A stretch of DNA of 64,000 nt from the human T2T-CHM13v2.0 reference genome, Homo sapiens, in assembly GCF_009914755.1 (NCBI RefSeq), contig NC_060926.1. One strand, written 5' to 3'. Shown piece after piece: positions 56,399 through 64,000 of the stretch; the first letter of the stretch is position 1, and each line of letters opens with the position of its first letter. The notes beneath the pieces are model-generated. The model worked only from the letters and a program-made list of their open reading frames with translations, ran no database searches and had not been told where the DNA came from. A program made the translations under genes and the position numbers.

Positions 56399-59119
56399 AA
56401 GGGAGAGACCTGGTGGGAGGTGACTGGATCATGGGGGTGGTTTCTCCCATGTTGTTCTCATAATAGTGACTGAGTTCTCACGAGATCTGATGGTTTCATA
56501 AGTTTGACAGTTCCCCCTTTACACACACCCTTTCTCCTGCCATCTTGTGAAGAAGGTGCCTGCTTCCCCTTCTGCCATGATTGTAAGTTTCCTGAGGCCT
56601 CCCCAGCTGTGCAGAACTATCAGTCAATTAAGCCTCTTTCTTTTGTAAATTACCCAGTCTCTGGGAAGTTCTTTATAGCAGTGTGAAAACACACTAATAC
56701 AACCAGTTAACAAAATGGATTAAAGTACAATAGTGAAAAACACCAACATAATGATAGTCATAGGTTAATTGCTATTGCCAAAGAACCAGCCTCTACTACA
56801 AGTGTCAGTCTAACATATTTCAGAAGAGAATTCTTCCCTAAAGTTCAGTAAAATTCTACTTAAAAAATAATTACAAAGTGTAGAAAAAGGATCCGTTCCT
56901 TATTTCACAAAGCTAACATACCCCTGGCATTAAAATTCAAAAGATAGTACAAAACTAGAAATATGTAGAACAATGTCACTTAACGAATATTAAGACAAAC
57001 TAAAATATTGTAAAGATGATGTATATATATTTTAAAAATATTTCATTTTAATTTATTTGAAATTTACTGGGAAGAAACAAAGGGAAATATTTGTATAATA
57101 TATGAAAGAGGAACTTTTAAAAATTTGTCAAAAATAAAATTACCTGCCCAAAGTCACATGATTACTAAGTGGTCATAATTGCCCAGCTTCCTGAGCTTCT
57201 AATTTAGCGAGCTTTCTTTCTGTAGAAAGGATAATTGTCAGTCATCTGTTAAGAAGTAGCTATAAATATCCACCCATTAAAAATTTTAATTTTCTGTATA
57301 TTACAATCAGGGAGTATATTTATGAAAAACATTAAAACCAGCTGAAATAATAAATGTCAAAATTATGTTCTGGTAGCTGCATTAATTGTATCCCCAGTCC
57401 TATCCAACTTCTGGGAAATAGATATGTGACCCTGAACTTTTCTAAGAATTGAATCCTAATGGACCTATGTTTTTCAAAAAAGTTCTTGGTGTTAAAAGGT
57501 ACCAATGAATTATTTTGATGTATTTTCAACTTCACGAATTACATGTCTTTTAGCAAATCAATTATCATTTAGAGATAAAAATCCCGTTTGTACCAGGCTC
57601 ATACTTTCTGCTACTTTTTAACACTTTCAGTTATTTGCTGGGACCATATGTCAACATCGTCTTTCTGTCACTCAGAGCCTTTTAAGCACCTATTTGCAAA
57701 TAGCTTTATTTTTGGTGCTATTCAGAGTAAGTTAAAACTTAATGGATCTTGCATTTGAGGAGTTTAAAGCAGAAGATGGAACCATCACCTAGACAGAAAG
57801 TATTAGAAATTTAAGAGGGTAACAAGCTGTTCAGATACAAAAAACTCTTGCTTTTAACAAGATATAATATAGGTTTTCAGAACATTAGGCCATCGGTCTA
57901 ATGCTTCAAAGTGGAGGAAAAAAAGATTTAGAATGCTTGTATTTCTGAATGTAAGCCAAATTGAACTTAAATGGGATTTTTTCCCCCTTATTTAAGTGTG
58001 TCCCAAACTATTTCAATCAGTGGCAGATCTAGACAACTATTCATTAGCTATTCTAAAAGTCTTTTAGAAATGATTACAAAGATTCCTTGAGATATGATTA
58101 GTAGGTAGAATATGCCTATTATGGTCACTGAGAGGGTAGATGGAATTCTGGGGAGCCTCACAGCTCTAGAGCTGTGTTTACTTCTTTCAGCACTGCCAAA
58201 TCCATCCCTCTCCATGTGATCAGCAAATTGCCACTTGTGCCTTGCTCTGTACTTTCCTAAATTTGATAATAAGACTATTTCACTTCCAGCTGGGCTTTTT
58301 GAAGATTACTTAAAAATATTATTTCCTGAAAAAAGATCTTGCTATTTTTAACCACACAAATTTTCATACTTGTATAATTAAGAAAAAATTATTCAGAGAC
58401 AAGTCCCCTATATTTTTTCCACTTCAAAAGGCATTTTGGGCAACTTACTTTTTTTTCAAAATTGAGCAGAGAAGGCAGGGGTAATGACTATTAATTATGT
58501 GCCTTTTTATTTCTTCAAATTATAATATTGTACATGGAAGACCTTTACCTAAACAGTATTTTATTTGGATGTTCATTCCCTACCAAGATTTTGGATGATC
58601 TGAGTTTACCCTAGTTTTGTGAAATAATATGTAGGTTTTCAGAAAATTCTAGGCTAGGTTATCCATGGATCAGTTGTTACTGTACAGAAAATGCTGACAT
58701 ATTGGAGAATGAGGTCAAGGTATCCTGAAATAGAAATGAATACAACACACATTTTTAAACTATGCCAATCATTAAATATTTTTCTCAAATACCCATTTTG
58801 TTTTTGGACCATCTTCCATTAATACTAATGGAAAGTCTATGTAGAATTAAAATAAAATACTATATTGGTTTATTTTTTCCAATTATATTAGAGTTTCTGG
58901 AATTAATTTTAAGTAAGATTTAGTTTATGACTCAATTGTTCATTTATATATTTATTTATCATATATGTTCCTTAATAGTAAAATAATGATTACATTCTGA
59001 AGAAGCCAAATGTGTGGTATATCATTATCTTGGAAATCTATAAAGGGATTCAGTTTATAGCAATAGAGCTGGTAATGGGGCAATGTTACAGACTCTTGGA
59101 CCTACAATGATGTGAGACA

Positions 59120-59360
59120 TACATTTTCAACAAGAATGATATCATCCCTAAAGGAATGAAAGTTGGTTCTTGGTGTGGGAAAAGGGCAAAAATATATATT
59201 TATATTCCAACAGTCTATGGCTTTCCAAGGCTCAAAATTTTATTTCTTCACGTTTAATTTCTGTCATGGGATTTTCTTGGGTATCACAAAAGTAGCACTG
59301 AGTTCTTGAAAGATACAGGCAATATTTCCAAGATCAGCGGTATGAAATTATGAGGACTAG
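59120..59360 (+). mobile_element. MER113-like hAT-Charlie relic
   Basis: tgatatcatccctaaaggaatgaaagttggttcttgg resembles the recalled consensus start; diverged. Confidence 0.4.
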
Positions 59361-60116
59361 ATGGCTGCACTTGGTGGGCTTTCTCTTGATCACTTGTTTA
59401 ATCTAGAGGTCATTCAGAAGAGATGGCCTTCACATACCTATTGGTGGCCATTGGCTGCCTTGTGCCTTGGCAGGTTTTTTTTTTTTTCCTCAGTGCTTTT
59501 TTGTGAACTTGGGTTTGAGAATTAAACAAAAATAGCTTATATTTTATTACTTAATTCTATATTAGTCAACCCAGAATTAATTTAGTCAAGTGTCAAAGAG
59601 AAAAGCATGTTTGCCATATCTGAATGACTGACTGTCCAGCTGCTAATTAAAAGTTATTTTCTCATGTTAAGCACAAGGTAAAAGTTAAGTTTACTACAGT
59701 AATTTTAAACAAGTAATTTAGTTTATCGTTTACTGCTACTGAGAAAACATTTTGAATTATTATTTTAAAATTTTGATTGCTACTGTTATAATGTATTTAT
59801 ATATATTTCTTATTTGCATATATAATGATGTGATTGTTTAAGTAAGTGAATTATATTAAATGCTACTCAGGAAATATAGTTATAAATTGTTACTGGCATT
59901 TATATTTTTACTTGAAAATTTTATTTAGTTATTCTTGACCCTGCATTGAATAAAGAGTAGACTTTATATTTATTCTTTTTTTTGTATAAAGCTCAGATAG
60001 AAATGCATCAACAGTAACGTAGTGATAATGGAAAGGAAAGGTTGGGAAACACAGATGTAAAAGTTTAGATATCTGAGACTTGGGCATTAGGTGTTGGTTT
60101 CAGGCAGAGAAGGTTT

Positions 60117-60670
60117 TGTTGCCAGTGGGTAGGTTCGGGTTTTTTATTTTGCCACGCAAAAGAATTTCAGAACGAGTCTAAAGTGAAAGTAGGTAAAGAA
60201 ATTTATTGCAAAGCAAAATATACTCGGCCAAGTCCGAGTGGCTGTTGGACAATGAGACAGCCCTGACTGGCTCTGGTGAAACTCTCTTTATGGGAGCCTT
60301 ACATAATTATTCATGAAGGGGCAGGAATGGTGCTGCCATTTAGCATGTTATGGATGGTCTTTTGGTGGCACGTGTGTTGTGGTTGTGCATGTTAGTACAT
60401 ATATCACATGTCTCATTAGCATCTTAAATATCCAGCCAGGAGTATGTTTTTTACCATTATAACAAGCATGGGTCAGCCAAAGGACATTAACAGGTTTCTG
60501 TGCTTGCATGAATTTGGGGGTTTTCCTTTTTGCTCATTACCTCCTTACTGCAGGGTGTTCTAACCAGGAGCCCAGGATGCAGTTTGTGTACTGTGGGGCA
60601 GTTTGTTCTAACAATTTGGCAAGCTTGTGCCCCTTTAAGGGAGACTATGATCATCCTAGGTCAGAATTAA
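60117..60670 (-). mobile_element. ERV1-class (MER4-group-like) solo LTR
   Basis: tgttgcc terminus, reverse polyA signal tttatt, catgtctcattagcatcttaaat motif; subfamily not resolved. Confidence 0.6.
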
Positions 60671-60786
60671 TAAAGATACCAGATTCTATCCTATGGAAGA
60701 GCTAAGGCAGGGATTGGGTGAAAAAAGAAGAAAAAAATCTCAGTGAATTCCAAGTAAAGTAGAAAACATCAACAAAAACAATTTCA

Positions 60787-61081
60787 GGCCGGGCATGGTG
60801 GCTCACGCCTGTAATCCCAGCACTTTGGGAGGCCGAGGTGAACGGATCACGAGGTCAAGAGATTGAGACCATCCTGGCCAACATAGTGAAACCCCATCTC
60901 TACTAAAAATACAAAAATTAGCTGGGTGTGGTGGCACGTGCCTGTAGTCCCAGCTACTCAGGAGGCTGAGGTAGGAGAATTGCTTGAACCTGGGAGGTGG
61001 AGGTTGCAGTCAGCCAAGATCACGCCAGTGCACTATAACCTGGTGACAGAGCGAGACTCCATCCCCTGCCCGCCAAAAAAA
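60787..61081 (+). mobile_element. AluSc-like SINE
   Basis: Full dimer with gatcacgaggtcaagagat and accatcctggccaac. TSD aaaaacaatttca (60774-60786) / aaaagcaatttca (61082-61094). Confidence 0.93.
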
Positions 61082-61179
61082 AAAAGCAATTTCAAGACAA
61101 ACTCAGTAATGGAGAGCAAAACTATATAAAAGGAGACAGAGAATTTCTGTGTCTGGCTGTCTGGCTTTAATCACTCTCT

Positions 61180-61835
61180 ATGTTGGTAATGTCAAAATGT
61201 GTACACCCCAGACCTCTTTTCTAAGCTCCAGACTAATTTTAGAGACTTTGGTGCCTCAGACTTTAAGACTGAACTCTTATTATCCCTCTTTTTAATGCCT
61301 TTATCCCTTGTTCTTCCCCTGACTTTCCAAACTCAGTATTTTGCAGAAACATTCAATCCATTGTTTGAGCTAGAAGCAGAGTGGTTGAGTCATACTTGAT
61401 TCTTTCCACTTAATTCATGCCAGTAGCAAATTCAGTAGCAAGTATTGCTGTCAAAAGCTTGTCTCAAACATCATCACCTTTTCCTGGCTCTCTAATGAAC
61501 CAGTCTAGTTTCTTTCCATTAATTCTTATCTCCTTCCAATCATTTCTCCACTAACAGACTTACTTATCTGATTATAATTTAATAAAGATTTACTGCGCAA
61601 AACTCTTCATTGATTTTTCATTACAATTAAAACACATCCAAGTTATTTATTAGGCACTGTAAATTCCTTCATTGTTTGGTTCTTGATGAGGTCTTCAATT
61701 TTTCATTTTGCCACTTTGTTCTCACCCCAAGAGGATGTCAAACTTACATTCTTTCAGTTCCTTGAGTAAGCCCAGTTCTTTGTTGCTTTAGGGCTTCTGC
61801 TTAGGTTGTTTCTACTGCCTGAAATGTTATTTTTT
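61180..61835 (+). mobile_element. L2 relic
   Basis: ccagacctcttttctaagctccagact, ttctttcagttccttgag, gtttctactgcctgaaatg. Confidence 0.55.
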
Positions 61836-62366
61836 GGCCACCCATTAAGTAGGAACTTTGAGATAATTATTTTTGTTACAAAGACACATGTTTTATTTAA
61901 AACCAATGAGAGAATATTTGTTCATATTTAGAAAAAACAACGTAATCATTTTTAGACTTCTCAATTTAAAAAATCAAAACTACAATTTTTTCTTAATTTT
62001 GAACATTTGTGTAATAATTGATTAAATATGTCAATATCTAAAGAAATAGTCAAGTTTTCCCATGAATATTTGTAGTCCTCTATTGCTTATATTTTACAAT
62101 ATATCCAACAATTGCTGTGGTTTAAGTAATATCAGTTTGACCTTTATTTTGTTTTAAAAACATATGTGATATTATCTGTGACAGATATCAAAGGATAAAA
62201 TAAAACTGTTTTGTTACTATTACCATTAAAAAAGTAAAAGGAAGCAAAATTGTCTCATAGGCTTTTCAATAAAAAATTCTTTAAGTTAATATTTAAAGCT
62301 AAATTTTATTTGGAGATGCTTTTCCATAATACAAAATTATTAGAGACTTTAAATCTCTAAAAGCGG

Positions 62367-62538
62367 GGCAGGTGTGGTGGTTCACACCTGTAACTTTGAG
62401 AGACCAGCAGTTTGAGAGTACAAGGCAGGTGAATCTCTTGAGCCCAGGAGTTTGAGACCAGCCTGGACAACATGGAGAAACTTCATCTCTGCAAAAAATA
62501 TAAAAAATTAGCTGGGCATAGTAGCACTCACCTACTCA
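62367..62538 (+). mobile_element. 3'-truncated AluJ (left monomer plus start of right monomer)
   Basis: cttgagcccaggagtttgagaccagcctgg, A-rich linker, no tail. Confidence 0.8.
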
Positions 62539-64000
62539 GAATGTAAACTGGGACAGTATGAAGCACCACTATGGAGGTATTCAAGATAAGGGTCAAGTTA
62601 TGAATTGAAAAGTTTGACTAAGGAGATCATCTGATGGTTATGTAATGTTACCTTTCTTCTGAGAGCACAATTTAAATGGATATTATGAATGAATGAGGAA
62701 TATTGCCTTTTCCATTTTCATAGGAATTATCAACGAATTTCACCCTTCACCCAGTTTCAATGAGCTCACCTATGAATGTAAACTAGAAATCACAAGTCCC
62801 ATGTGAGAAGAAAAGACCTGGGGAGCCATGTGAGATTTCCCAGTTTCTTCCTGCTTGGTCTGTGCCTCTTCCTTGTTTGTCTTTGAAATCACTAGTAAAT
62901 CCTGATACTGAGTAAGAGTTCTAATTTGTGAATCTGATTTGATGATATGATTATTTGCATTAGCTCAGTAATCATGATTGTTTATTCGATAGCAGCAGTA
63001 AAATCATCAATATGAGGTTGATTTTTCATCATCAATATATTGAGATTAAAACAAATTACCACTGGAGGAGATGGCAATGCATGATTATCTTTCTGAGGGA
63101 AATTGTGAACATTTAAGAGCAAATATTTAATTGCATGTTAATGTACAGTAAACACTAGGGAAAATATACAGGTTTTTTAAAATAAGAAATAGCTTGCATA
63201 TAATACTTAGATGATGACTTATATAACATTTATGTAATGTCTTTATTAGTTTGAATCCATGGGTAATTTTTAAAAAAATGATCTGAAACTATCATTTTGA
63301 TATGATAGCTCCAAATCTGGATCTGCACTGTATATTGTAGATGTAGAATTAATTTTCTGCACAGAAATAGCAGTGCCTCATAATTATTGCCTGTGTTCCA
63401 TTCTCATTACTAGGTAAGAGTGGGGATGAAGTGAGGAGACAACATCCTTATCAATGTCTGACTTCTATACTTTTCAGTCCTTAAGGCTCTGCTTTCAATC
63501 TGCCCTGTGGGTGAGTTGAATAAAAGGATTTTTGGTTTTTATTTTTGATTAAAAGAGAAGGAAATTTATCTTGTAAGGTGATAAATCATTCTCCAAAACA
63601 CTATGTAAAGTAGTACTATATATATAGTCTGAAAAAAGTTATGTTTTCATGGAATTATTTCAAGATTGTCAAAACTAGAATTTTTTCAGTAATTACTTAA
63701 GACATGTAATTTGGATGATATTTAAAATTTCTATTATGAATAACTAGATTTAATTAAAGACTTCATCTAATTAGTACTGATAAGCATAACTTTGATTTAC
63801 ACATTCAAAAGATAGTTTCAATTTAATGTATTGAATTCTCTTTACAGACATTTGATTACAATTTAGATTGGGGTGATCACATTTTTAATCTGTTTTTATT
63901 TTGCAAGTTTTTAAAAGCCATATTTTAGTTAGTAATAATCATTTAGATTTTCTACAACTCTGTTCAAATGCATAGCCCATTAAAGGAATAAAAAATGGTG

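Larger units (their letters stand above)
47993..56701 (+). mobile_element. THE1D-like MaLR solo LTR split by the provirus (47993-48067 and 56399-56701)
   Basis: ctctgtgttccc...ataatccccacatgtcaagg rejoins aagggagagacctggtgggagg...ctaataca. Confidence 0.88.

Noticed and set aside
63461-63516. Possible 33-nt micro-exon (ttttcag...gg|gtgagt)
   Set aside because: Such splice-like pairs occur by chance in 64 kb, and there is no supporting gene context.

Overview
This window is primate genomic DNA, most likely hominid because it carries an L1PA2/L1PA3-type element with the short 5'UTR. It is AT-rich and dominated by repeats, and I see no host protein-coding exon, RNA gene or CRISPR array. The long ORFs are almost all decayed retroelement coding sequence. 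The main structures are: (1) 1716-20881, a 19-kb nest of three full-length, co-oriented LINE-1s, with an L1PB1-like host split by an L1PA7-like and an L1PA2/3-like element, each with its own TSD; (2) 39801-43171, an L1PB-like element with a twin-priming 5' inversion; (3) ~44955-46250, an L1PA15/16-like fragment holding an apparently older L1MB-like insert flanked by a 90-bp direct duplication; (4) 48068-56398, an HERV9/LTR12 provirus inside a THE1 LTR. Its 5' LTR has lost almost all of U3 while the 4-bp TSD is retained, and its integrase/SU region is replaced by a relic of a second, divergent pol (connection domain and RNase H). Alu, MIR, L2, MaLR, MER and Tigger/MADE1 relics are scattered between these. 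Subfamily names come from recalled diagnostic sequence, not a database search. I found no evidence of a new functional gene system; the unusual signals are structural and evolutionary.
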